DNA of 25,069 bases from Candidatus Woesearchaeota archaeon. GTDB lineage: Archaea; Nanobdellota; Nanobdellia; Woesearchaeales; UBA11576. The stretch spans positions 1-25,069 of the forward strand of contig JAHWIS010000088.1 of assembly GCA_019322385.1 (NCBI GenBank), written 5' to 3'. The number at the start of each line of letters is the position of its first letter. Position 1 is the stretch's first letter. The translations under genes were made by a program, and so were the position numbers. This document shows, one piece after another, positions 1 to 7,456 of this stretch. Under the pieces are notes generated by a model, which had not been told where the DNA came from, made no database searches, and worked only from the letters and a program-made list of their open reading frames with translations.

Positions 1-135
1 GAGGATGACATATTCTTCAGGATAAACGACATCAAAGGATCGCAGGACCAGAAGTTCGAGGATTTCAAGAAATCTCTCGAGGATATCCAACGAAAATTAC
101 TGTTTATCGACAGATCATTATTCGAAGCAAAATAG
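1..135 (+). CDS. 3' end of a coiled-coil hypothetical protein (truncated by window start), paralog of the next gene
   Basis: Frame 1 is open from base 1 (EDDIFFRINDIKGSQDQKFEDFKKSLEDIQRKLLFIDRSLFEAK*) to TAG at 133-135. The C-terminus resembles IADIERKVEFIDQTLL of the next ORF. Confidence 0.8.
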   Translation, partial: EDDIFFRINDIKGSQDQKFEDFKKSLEDIQRKLLFIDRSLFEAK

Positions 136-144
136 GTGAAAGAA

Positions 145-375
145 ATGGAAAGACAAGCACCAGTATTCGTAAAAGTTGATGAGTATAAGGATGTGCTGGA
201 TGTACTGGACCTTGTGAAGAACAAGATACAGCAGGCAAAGGCAACAATCCATGAGATAAATGACCTGAAGAACCAGGAAGACAGCGAGATAGCTATCTGG
301 GCAAATGAGATAGCAGACATAGAGAGAAAGGTTGAGTTCATAGACCAGACACTGCTAGCGCCGGAGAACATCTAG
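145..375 (+). CDS. Small coiled-coil hypothetical protein (PVFVKVDEY...IERKVEFIDQTL type)
   Basis: AGGTGA SD at 134-139 favours ATG 145 over GTG 136. Heptad-rich sequence, tightly packed with neighbours. Confidence 0.85.
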   Translation: MERQAPVFVKVDEYKDVLDVLDLVKNKIQQAKATIHEINDLKNQEDSEIAIWANEIADIERKVEFIDQTLLAPENI

Positions 376-376
376 A

Positions 377-721
377 ATGGAAGAGAGCCAGTACTTTGTA
401 GAGATAAAGGACCCTGCAGACATGCGGCGGAGCATGCTAGGCAGCTCAAGGCAGATCATACAGATACTGCAAAGGTATGAGCGGATAAAGGAGCTTCGGG
501 TGATGAAGCTTGAGAAGCTGGCACAGCTCAGGACACTGAACAAAGAGATAGGCCTGATAGTCGCAAAGCTGAAGAAGGCATTCCCAAAGGCTGATTTCAG
601 GGTAAAGGTTGAAAAGGGAGGTGTCAGCGTAAGCCGCGTGATGGGAGCACATCCAGGAGATGATCTTGGGAAGCTAGAATCAGAGCTCAAGATGGTAGAA
701 GATAAGCTTTCAGGGCTTTGA
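377..721 (+). CDS. Small helical/coiled-coil hypothetical protein
   Basis: 114 aa, starts 1 nt after the previous stop, followed by a T-rich tract. Confidence 0.85.
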   Translation: MEESQYFVEIKDPADMRRSMLGSSRQIIQILQRYERIKELRVMKLEKLAQLRTLNKEIGLIVAKLKKAFPKADFRVKVEKGGVSVSRVMGAHPGDDLGKLESELKMVEDKLSGL

Positions 722-732
722 TTTTGAATAAT

Positions 733-740
733 TTTAAATA
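733..740 (+). promoter_or_regulatory. TATA box for tRNA-Leu
   Basis: TTTAAATA about 32 nt upstream of the tRNA 5' end. Confidence 0.6.
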
Positions 741-810
741 CTATTTCTTGATTTTTTTAATGTACCCTATTTGAGGGGGTGCCGGAGTGGCCAAACGGGA
801 CAGACTCAAG

Positions 811-865
811 GCACTTGAGTGCAGAGTGCTGCTATGCAGTGCGATGAAGAGATCATTTGTGGGTC
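811..865 (+). other. tRNA intron 1 (55 nt, canonical 37/38)
   Basis: BHB: central helix CTCA(805-808)/TGGG(860-863), bulges AG^G and TC^A. Confidence 0.9.
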
Positions 866-897
866 ATCTGTTGGCTTAGTGCCTACCAGGGTTCAAA

Positions 898-919
898 TCA
901 GGCCCAAATCCTGTGAAAT
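898..919 (+). other. tRNA intron 2 (22 nt, T-loop position 59/60)
   Basis: Strict hBHBh': CAGGG/CCCTG, central TTCA/TGAA, bulges AA^T and AT^T, inner helix CAGG/CCTG. Confidence 0.9.
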
Positions 920-950
920 TCCCTGCCCCCTCATATTATCATAAAAAGAC

Positions 951-1796
951 GTGACCAAAATGTTGATGGATTTCCACCTCCACTCAAACACTTCTAGTGA
1001 CTCCCATATGAGAATAAGGGAAGCGTATGAAAAGGCTGCCGAGCTAGGGATAAGGAACATCTGCATAACAAACCATCATGAGCCTTCTGAATTAAAAATC
1101 GGCAAGACAGATAGTTCATTGCTACAGGAAAAGCTTGCCGCATATAAGGCAGAGGTTGAGGAGCTAAAGAAGGACGGGAGAGTGAATATATTTTATGGTA
1201 CAGAGGTCTGCTACACAGAAAACGAAGAGGATGATATACGTCAGTTCCTTAAAGAAAATGATTTTGACTTTGTCCTTTGCGCTATCCATTATGTGAATGG
1301 CTGGATAATATCAGATCCTGACAATAGGTATATGATAAAAAAGGAGGATCATAGTAAAATAATAAAGGAATATTTCAGGTTGCTCAAGAAAGCGATAAAG
1401 ACAGGTCTTTTCGACGTGATGTCACACATCGATCTCTATAAACGAGTGGTGCCTGAACCTGATTTTGGAGCTGTAAGGAAACAATGGGAAGAGGTTGCAG
1501 AACTCCTTGTAGAGAATGATGTTGGGTTTGAGATCAATACGGGTTATTCGATAATCGTTCCTGACGGAACCTATCCAGGCATAGATGTGATAAAGATCAT
1601 GCTCGAGAAAGGAGTCAAGATAGTGACAATGGGGAGTGATGCACATCTGACTGAAGATGTAGGTAGAGGCCTAGCAAAGGTCGAGAAAATGCTTGACAAG
1701 TTTGGTGTCGAGATGATATATAGGTTTGAGAAAAGGAAACCAATACCTATAAACATAACTGCGAGCAAGATTAAAGTCTTGGAAATCGTTAAATAG
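951..1796 (+). CDS. PHP-domain phosphoesterase, histidinol-phosphatase HisJ/HisK family
   Basis: Motifs DFHLHS, ITNHH, SHID, EINT, GSDAH. True start may be ATG 960 or 966. Confidence 0.85.
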   Translation: MTKMLMDFHLHSNTSSDSHMRIREAYEKAAELGIRNICITNHHEPSELKIGKTDSSLLQEKLAAYKAEVEELKKDGRVNIFYGTEVCYTENEEDDIRQFLKENDFDFVLCAIHYVNGWIISDPDNRYMIKKEDHSKIIKEYFRLLKKAIKTGLFDVMSHIDLYKRVVPEPDFGAVRKQWEEVAELLVENDVGFEINTGYSIIVPDGTYPGIDVIKIMLEKGVKIVTMGSDAHLTEDVGRGLAKVEKMLDKFGVEMIYRFEKRKPIPINITASKIKVLEIVK

Positions 1797-1817
1797 CACT
1801 TTGTCTTCTTAATTTAT

Positions 1818-2267
1818 ATGAAGTTCGCAATTCCCTTACTGGCATCGATTGTATTGCTAGCTCCAAGTGTGCTTGCTGACCTGGCTGCTCCGCCTCCAGG
1901 CTTGATGCTTGTTGAATTCACGATTGTCTTCGGCGCTTTCCTGCTGCTGAATTATGGCATAAACTTCGCTATCTCTTTTCCGTTGACACGCGTTGTCTCA
2001 AGGATCCCTGCAAAGAAGCTTGCAAAAGGTCTTTTGATAATAACTCCAATCATGCTCGTCCTTGAATCGATATTCATACTCCTTATCGATCCAAAAGAGC
2101 TGATACATGTCGAAGTTGTATGGATATTCTCTGCTGTAGTGATATTCCTGTGCTATTTCATGACAGGAGAGAAGATGTGGAAAATGAAAAGAGATAAAGC
2201 AGTAATAATCGCAATGTTCATGGCTCTGTTGACAAACCCTGCATATCTTTTGCTTGCAACTATTTAG
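1818..2267 (+). CDS. Hypothetical multi-pass membrane protein with signal-peptide-like N-terminus
   Basis: 149 aa, about 4-5 hydrophobic segments. Confidence 0.75.
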   Translation: MKFAIPLLASIVLLAPSVLADLAAPPPGLMLVEFTIVFGAFLLLNYGINFAISFPLTRVVSRIPAKKLAKGLLIITPIMLVLESIFILLIDPKELIHVEVVWIFSAVVIFLCYFMTGEKMWKMKRDKAVIIAMFMALLTNPAYLLLATI

Positions 2268-2302
2268 CAAATTTTATATAGTGAATGACTAACCTCTTTC
2301 TC

Positions 2303-3643
2303 ATGCCAATAGAGATATGCACAGTAGGCGGCTACAATGAAGTCGGGAAGAACATGACTGCCATCAAGGTAGATGATGAGGTGGTCATAATAGACATGGG
2401 GCTGCACCTTGACCCGTATATCAAATATACTAATGACGAGGACCTGACAAAAGAGATAAACGCGAAAATACTGACAAAGATCGGCGCGATACCTGACCTT
2501 GAGCCGATAAGGCACTGGCGCAGGCATGTGGTTGCAGTGGTGCCTACGCATGCACATCTTGATCATGTCGGCGCAATACCTTACCTGTCAAACAAGTTTG
2601 ATGCAGACATAATATGCACGCCATTCACAGCAGAGGTCATAAAGGCCATATGCAATGATGAGAAGATAAAGCTGGATAATGATATCCGCATCCTGAATCC
2701 TAATTCATCTGTGAATGTTTCAAAAAAGATAAAGATAGAGTTCATAAACATAACACACTCGACACCGCAGACAGTCATGGCTCTTATCCATACGCCTTAT
2801 GGGAAAATACTTTACGGCAATGACTTCAAGTTCGACGACCATCCAGTCATAGGAAGGAAACCTAACTATGAGAAACTCAAGGAGATAGGTAAGAGCGGTG
2901 ATGTTGTAGCGCTCATTGTCGATTCAACATATTCAAAGGATGCGAGCAAGACGCCCAGCGAGAAGGTGGCGCGTGAGATGCTCAGGGACGTGATGCTAAG
3001 CACAGAATCAGACGGCAAGGCAGTCATTGTCACGACGTTCTCTTCGCACTTAGCCAGATTGCAGTCGATAATAGACTTCGGGAAAAGGATGAAGAGGAAG
3101 GTCGTACTGCTGGGTAGGAGCCTCGGCAAGTATGTGACTGCAGGAGAGAACATAGGGATAGTCAAGTTCACAAAAGACGCTGAGGTAGTCAAGTATAGGA
3201 AACATATAAACAAGAAGTTCAAGCAGATATCGAAGAACCCTTCCAAATACCTTATTATCTGCACAGGTCACCAGGGAGAGTCAAAAGCAGTGCTTTCCCG
3301 TATAGCTGACGGGGATACAGATCTCAAGCTCGGGAAAGAGGATCTTGTTATATTCAGCTGCAGGGTCATACCGACAGCATTGAACGCAGCAAACAGGGAG
3401 ATACTCGAAGGGAAACTAAGGAAATTCGGAGTCCGAATATTCAGGGACATACACGTTTCAGGGCATGCAGCGAAAGAGGATCTGCGTGACCTGATAAACA
3501 TGGTCAAGCCACAGCACATCATCCCAGCACATGGTGAGATAAACATGCTTTCATCACTTTCTGAGCTTGCTATGGAGATGGGCTACAATATAGGAGAAGA
3601 TGTGCACATAATGCAGAACGGGCAGTTTTTAGAAATAGAATAA
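2303..3643 (+). CDS. rnj: Archaeal RNase J (metallo-beta-lactamase/beta-CASP)
   Basis: GGYNEVGKNMTA, THAHLDH, HST, DFK, DST and HVSGH motifs. TTTATATA at 2273-2280 favours a leaderless start at ATG 2303. Confidence 0.92.
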   Translation: MPIEICTVGGYNEVGKNMTAIKVDDEVVIIDMGLHLDPYIKYTNDEDLTKEINAKILTKIGAIPDLEPIRHWRRHVVAVVPTHAHLDHVGAIPYLSNKFDADIICTPFTAEVIKAICNDEKIKLDNDIRILNPNSSVNVSKKIKIEFINITHSTPQTVMALIHTPYGKILYGNDFKFDDHPVIGRKPNYEKLKEIGKSGDVVALIVDSTYSKDASKTPSEKVAREMLRDVMLSTESDGKAVIVTTFSSHLARLQSIIDFGKRMKRKVVLLGRSLGKYVTAGENIGIVKFTKDAEVVKYRKHINKKFKQISKNPSKYLIICTGHQGESKAVLSRIADGDTDLKLGKEDLVIFSCRVIPTALNAANREILEGKLRKFGVRIFRDIHVSGHAAKEDLRDLINMVKPQHIIPAHGEINMLSSLSELAMEMGYNIGEDVHIMQNGQFLEIE

Positions 3644-3650
3644 TAATTCT

Positions 3651-3734
3651 AAAGGATTTGTGCCAGCTCATCAGTTACTCCATCTGCCATAGAGGCACTG
3701 GTGTTCACTTAATCACAGCTGGTTGCACTCCTTT
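3651..3734 (-). ncRNA. Putative BHB-flanked box C/D-like small RNA (predicted 65-nt excised circle, 3722 to 3658)
   Basis: Minus strand reads AAAGGA-GTGC-AAC-CAGC...GCTG-GCAC-AAA-TCCTTT, a strict hBHBh'. Inside are box C-like GUGAUUA and box D-like AUGA/CUGA. An upstream TATA lies at 3754-3761. Confidence 0.7.
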
Positions 3735-3753
3735 GTTGTTGGGTTTTTTAAGT

Positions 3754-3808
3754 CATTTAAATATCTTTTTACTATCTGTGAATAGTTATGTTTAGCAAGG
3801 TTTAAATA
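3754..3808. promoter_or_regulatory. Divergent TATA boxes: minus strand (3754-3761) for the ncRNA, plus strand (3801-3808) for the 3831 gene
   Basis: Minus strand AAAAAGATA-TTTAAATG (BRE-like plus TATA). Plus strand TTTAAATA 22 nt before ATG 3831. Confidence 0.6.
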
Positions 3809-3830
3809 ACATCCTGGTCTGATAATTTAG

Positions 3831-4499
3831 ATGGCAAAACGCAGAAAATCTCTTTCAAGGCTCAGCTCGATGCTGGCAGCTTCTTTCAGGAACCTTAAGC
3901 AGGATATAACAGGCATCAATGGGCGGATAGAGCATCTCAGGACGCGGATTTCTGATTCAGATACTGAGATCAAACAGGTTGTTGGAGAGCAGAAGAATCT
4001 GATCCTAGAGCAACAGGATGCGATAAGGCAGCTTGGTGAAAAGGTTGCCAAGCTTGAGAAAAGACCTGAACAAGCTGCAAAGGTCTACAAGACAAAAGAG
4101 GCAGCGCTTTCTGATGTAAAGAAGATCCTCAAAAAAGATCAGGCAGTGCATGAGATACCGCCAGGCCAGGTCAGGATAACAAAGGTCGAGATAGAAAAAG
4201 GAAGGAAACGGCCCGACAAGGAATGTGTTGAGATTGCAGGGTATGGAGTAGACATGAGCGGATACAAGCTCTACAGCAAGAAGAAGAAAACATTCAAGTT
4301 CCCAGAAGACTTCAAGGTCTATGGGCCTGTCAAGATATTTACCAGAAAAGGAAATGATACAAACACAAAACTATACTGGGGACTGATGAAGACTGTGTGG
4401 AATGAGAAAGGTGATGTGGCTACGCTCAAAGACAGCAAGGGAAAGATAGTAAGCCAGGTGCTGGTCGAGCCGTCGTATGCATTAAAAGTCATAAAGTAG
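3831..4499 (+). CDS. Coiled-coil plus C-terminal lamin tail domain (LTD) protein
   Basis: C-terminal ECVEI..VDMSGYKL..FKFP..VKIFTRKG.D..LYWG..VWNEKGD.ATLKDSKG matches the LTD pattern. N-terminal heptads, no signal peptide. Confidence 0.75.
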   Translation: MAKRRKSLSRLSSMLAASFRNLKQDITGINGRIEHLRTRISDSDTEIKQVVGEQKNLILEQQDAIRQLGEKVAKLEKRPEQAAKVYKTKEAALSDVKKILKKDQAVHEIPPGQVRITKVEIEKGRKRPDKECVEIAGYGVDMSGYKLYSKKKKTFKFPEDFKVYGPVKIFTRKGNDTNTKLYWGLMKTVWNEKGDVATLKDSKGKIVSQVLVEPSYALKVIK

Positions 4500-4501
4500 A
4501 A

Positions 4502-5530
4502 TCATAAGATCTTGAAATCAACACATATCCTATATGTCCTTGGGGCGTGCTGGCCGCACTTTGTTGTTTTTAGGATCCTGCATTTTAGCTTATTCTTTTT
4601 GCATGCTTTTCGGATTCTCGCGTGGGCATCCTTGAACTTGCCTTGCTCTTCAAAGGCATAGAAATGAATTATCGTGCCTTTTTTTGCTGCAGTGAATGCT
4701 GTTTTTAGGAAATCCTCTGCAGTCTTTGGAAGGGGCATTGCAATCCTATTGAATTTTGTCTTCAGTATTGGGACTGCGTCTCTTACGTCCGAGTTGATCA
4801 GGGTGACGTTCTTTATCTTGTTGAGCTTTAGGTTCTCAACACCATAATCATGGCCTATCGGGTTTATCTCAATGCCTACAATCTCTTTTGCTTTGGTATT
4901 CTTTGCAAGAACACAAGGGTAAGGCGCGCAGCCAGAGAACATGACAAGGACGCGCTCTCCTTTCTTGACCTGCTGTGCTATGCGCTTGCGCTCTGTCGAC
5001 AGTCTTGGAGAGAAATAGACCTTTTCCACATCAAGCTTTAGGCGGACACCGTGCTCTTTGTGGATTGTCTTCTTTGTCCTCTTGCCTGCAAGGTGCTTCA
5101 TAGGCTGGGTGCGGAACTCTGTACCATGGATTCCTGCTTTCTTCAGGACTGTGTTTATGTTTTTGTGAAGCTTAAGCAGGGTTTGTGCGATCAGCTTCTC
5201 TTTTTTGATGAGTTCAGGAGGAACTTCAAGGATCGCTATATCACCTATCACATCATAAGCCCGTCTCAGGTGATCTAGTTCTTTTTTTGTGAGTTTTTTT
5301 GTCACTTCGGATTTTATATCCTTTTTCTTTCTGGCCTTTGGCAATGATTTTACATCAGTCAGTTCTGCAAAGCTGAATTTTTTCTTTATCCCTGTCTTCT
5401 TGGTTATCGGGAATAAGATATAGGATTTTGTCCTCTTGAAAGAATATTGTTGGTTGAAGAGTTTTTTCTCGATCAGGAACTGCTTGACCTGCTGAGCCTT
5501 CTTTAAGGGTGTCTTGACACAAAGGACCAT
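4502..5530 (-). CDS. trm5: tRNA (guanine37-N1)-methyltransferase, Trm5/Met-10+ family
   Basis: YDVIGDIAIL, DVEKVYFSPRLSTER, MFSGCAPY, EINP and MPLPK motifs. The start at 5530 overlaps the upstream stop (TGATG). Confidence 0.85.
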   Translation of the reverse strand: MVLCVKTPLKKAQQVKQFLIEKKLFNQQYSFKRTKSYILFPITKKTGIKKKFSFAELTDVKSLPKARKKKDIKSEVTKKLTKKELDHLRRAYDVIGDIAILEVPPELIKKEKLIAQTLLKLHKNINTVLKKAGIHGTEFRTQPMKHLAGKRTKKTIHKEHGVRLKLDVEKVYFSPRLSTERKRIAQQVKKGERVLVMFSGCAPYPCVLAKNTKAKEIVGIEINPIGHDYGVENLKLNKIKNVTLINSDVRDAVPILKTKFNRIAMPLPKTAEDFLKTAFTAAKKGTIIHFYAFEEQGKFKDAHARIRKACKKNKLKCRILKTTKCGQHAPRTYRICVDFKIL

Positions 5531-6399
5531 CAGATCACCACAAGAACAACGCCGATAATCATCACGATGCACGCCATTATCCTATAGACAAGATCCTTAT
5601 CATGGAAAAGCCTTCCGCCGACAATCGTCGCTACAAGAGTGCTCATCCTCTTCACAGGTATGATAAGGGCTATCATTGCTGTAGGTATTGCAACAGCCAT
5701 GTAATAGAATATGTCTGAGAACAGCATCAAGAGGGCTATGATAAACATGAGGTGCTTGCCTTTGACAAATGCGTGCTTTATATCCTTAATGCCGTCATAT
5801 TTGATAAACTGCACCAAGAGGTAATGGACTGAAAGGACCAGGAATGTGAATGACAAGTACGTGTACGGGTCCACTTCCGCAAGGACAAACTTGTCAAGCA
5901 CAGCAGAGATCGAGTAAAAGAAGATCGCTACCAGCATGAATAAAGAATACTTGTTCCTGAATACCTTCCAAGGCCTGATCATACTGCTGAAATGGTGGTC
6001 TGCCTGCAGCCAATAAGCGCCAAATATAAGGAGAGCCACTCCTGCATACTGCAATGCAGAAGGGACCTCATGAAGAAAGATGAAACTCAAGACGATAAGA
6101 AAGACTGGTGTAAGATTAGTCAAGGGTGTCACATAAGATATCTCAAGATGACGCAATGCCTTTGATCCCAATAGCCAGCCGATTGTGAGGACCAAACCTT
6201 TCAGATACATCAAGCCCCAAATGCTTGCTGAATAGCCGAAGCTCATCTTCGGAAGGAAGAACAGGCTGAAAAGGAAAGCCAAAAGGCAAGCGACTGTCAG
6301 GTGCTCTGTAGCGTGCTCGTACATCAACACCTTTTTCGATACCACCTGCCTTGTACCGAAAAAGACTGCTGAAACAATCGCAAGTATTACCCATTCCAT
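5530..6399 (-). CDS. EamA/DMT family transporter
   Basis: About 10 TM helices in two repeats; KALRHLEISYVTPL and FLHE motifs. Confidence 0.88.
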   Translation of the reverse strand: MEWVILAIVSAVFFGTRQVVSKKVLMYEHATEHLTVACLLAFLFSLFFLPKMSFGYSASIWGLMYLKGLVLTIGWLLGSKALRHLEISYVTPLTNLTPVFLIVLSFIFLHEVPSALQYAGVALLIFGAYWLQADHHFSSMIRPWKVFRNKYSLFMLVAIFFYSISAVLDKFVLAEVDPYTYLSFTFLVLSVHYLLVQFIKYDGIKDIKHAFVKGKHLMFIIALLMLFSDIFYYMAVAIPTAMIALIIPVKRMSTLVATIVGGRLFHDKDLVYRIMACIVMIIGVVLVVI

Positions 6400-6400
6400 C

Positions 6401-7435
6401 TTATATGAAATCCCCCAATCCTTTCTGCGACAACTTTGCCTGCGAATCCTTCAGCTTCTGTAGGGTATCCTCGACCCTAGTCTCGCTAAAGTCATGCTTC
6501 TTGCAGAGTATGTCCATTATCCTGTCATGGTCAAGTTCTTTCCACTCGAGCCTGTAATCCTTCTTGACAGGCATCTCCTTGAAAAGCTTGAATACATCCT
6601 TCCAGCTGTAATCGAAATACTCATCCCATTTGACCTGTTTGAATACTGCATCAAGGTCATCTCCATGTTTCTTTATCAGGTCCAAGGCTTTCTTAGGCCC
6701 TATGCCTTTGATGCCTCCTATGTTATAGTCTGTACCTACAAGGATGCCGAGCGCTATGAGCTGGTCCTGGGTCATGCCAAGAGACTTAAGGTTCTCATCA
6801 AGCTCGATGATCTGTGGTTTGACTGTCTCGTAAGAGAGCTTGTCCTTTTTCTTCTTCCTCTCTGAGATCGTCAGGTTCTGGACCATCCTCGGCACGCCGA
6901 AAAGCAGGCAGTCATAATCCTGCGATATCTCTGCAAATATATCCCCTTTCTCTACCATGTAAGCTGCCTGGGCCTCTCCTTCTGAAGGGGCCTTGACAAC
7001 AGGAAGGCCCAAAGCATCTATGACTGTGCTGGCCTCCTCAATCATCTCTGGAGTGAGCCTTGATGTGCGCATGCCGTATTTCTTCATACTCTCGACATCG
7101 CCGGATTTCTTTGCTTTATCATAACGCTCCTGCGCCTCCTGCTTAATGCCTGCACGGCGCTGCCTTTCTGCCTTCTTTAGCTCAGGAGGCTTACCATCAA
7201 AAACAAAAGCAAGCTTGATGCCGTAATGCATCAGCTTTGTGGTGCGGTGGAACAGGCCATTTAGATGAGAAGTGATATTGCCGCTGGAATCCATCAAAGG
7301 CGTACCGTCTGCCTGACGGATGGTTGATAAGAATTGATAAAGTATATTGTTTCCATCTACAACAAGCTTCTTGCCGGCCAGCTGCGGGATTGATATCTCT
7401 TTCTTTACAACAATATCTTTGAAGTTAACACCCAT
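6401..7435 (-). CDS. fen: Flap endonuclease 1
   Basis: MGV start, VDGNNILYQFL, FVFDG, APSEGEAQ, SQDYD, GTDYN, GIGPKKA; C-terminal PIP box QKGLGDFI; SD GAGGTG. Confidence 0.97.
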   Translation of the reverse strand: MGVNFKDIVVKKEISIPQLAGKKLVVDGNNILYQFLSTIRQADGTPLMDSSGNITSHLNGLFHRTTKLMHYGIKLAFVFDGKPPELKKAERQRRAGIKQEAQERYDKAKKSGDVESMKKYGMRTSRLTPEMIEEASTVIDALGLPVVKAPSEGEAQAAYMVEKGDIFAEISQDYDCLLFGVPRMVQNLTISERKKKKDKLSYETVKPQIIELDENLKSLGMTQDQLIALGILVGTDYNIGGIKGIGPKKALDLIKKHGDDLDAVFKQVKWDEYFDYSWKDVFKLFKEMPVKKDYRLEWKELDHDRIMDILCKKHDFSETRVEDTLQKLKDSQAKLSQKGLGDFI

Positions 7436-7456
7436 AATACACCTCTTTTGATCACT

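Larger units (their letters stand above)
773..933 (+). tRNA. tRNA-Leu(CAA) with two introns (37/38 and 59/60); mature length 84 nt, CCA not encoded
   Basis: Acceptor GAGGGGG/CCCCCTC plus discriminator A933; D-arm CCGGAGTGGCCAAACGG; anticodon stem ACAGA/TCTGT with CT-CAA-G; long variable arm GGC..GCC; T-stem CAGGG/CCCTG, giving T-loop TTCAAAT after splicing. Confidence 0.95.

Noticed and set aside
3664..3674. CUGAUGAG on the minus strand resembles a hammerhead ribozyme core
   Set aside because: No GAAA follows the partner strand of the would-be stem II (CCAGC is followed by UGUG), and a K-turn explains the motif better.
3651..3745. Ligated exons of the BHB element (AAGGAGUGCAAAUCCUU) look like a T-arm of a split or permuted tRNA
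   Set aside because: In T-loop register the stem has a mismatch and two G.U pairs, and the flanks give no acceptor, D or anticodon arm.
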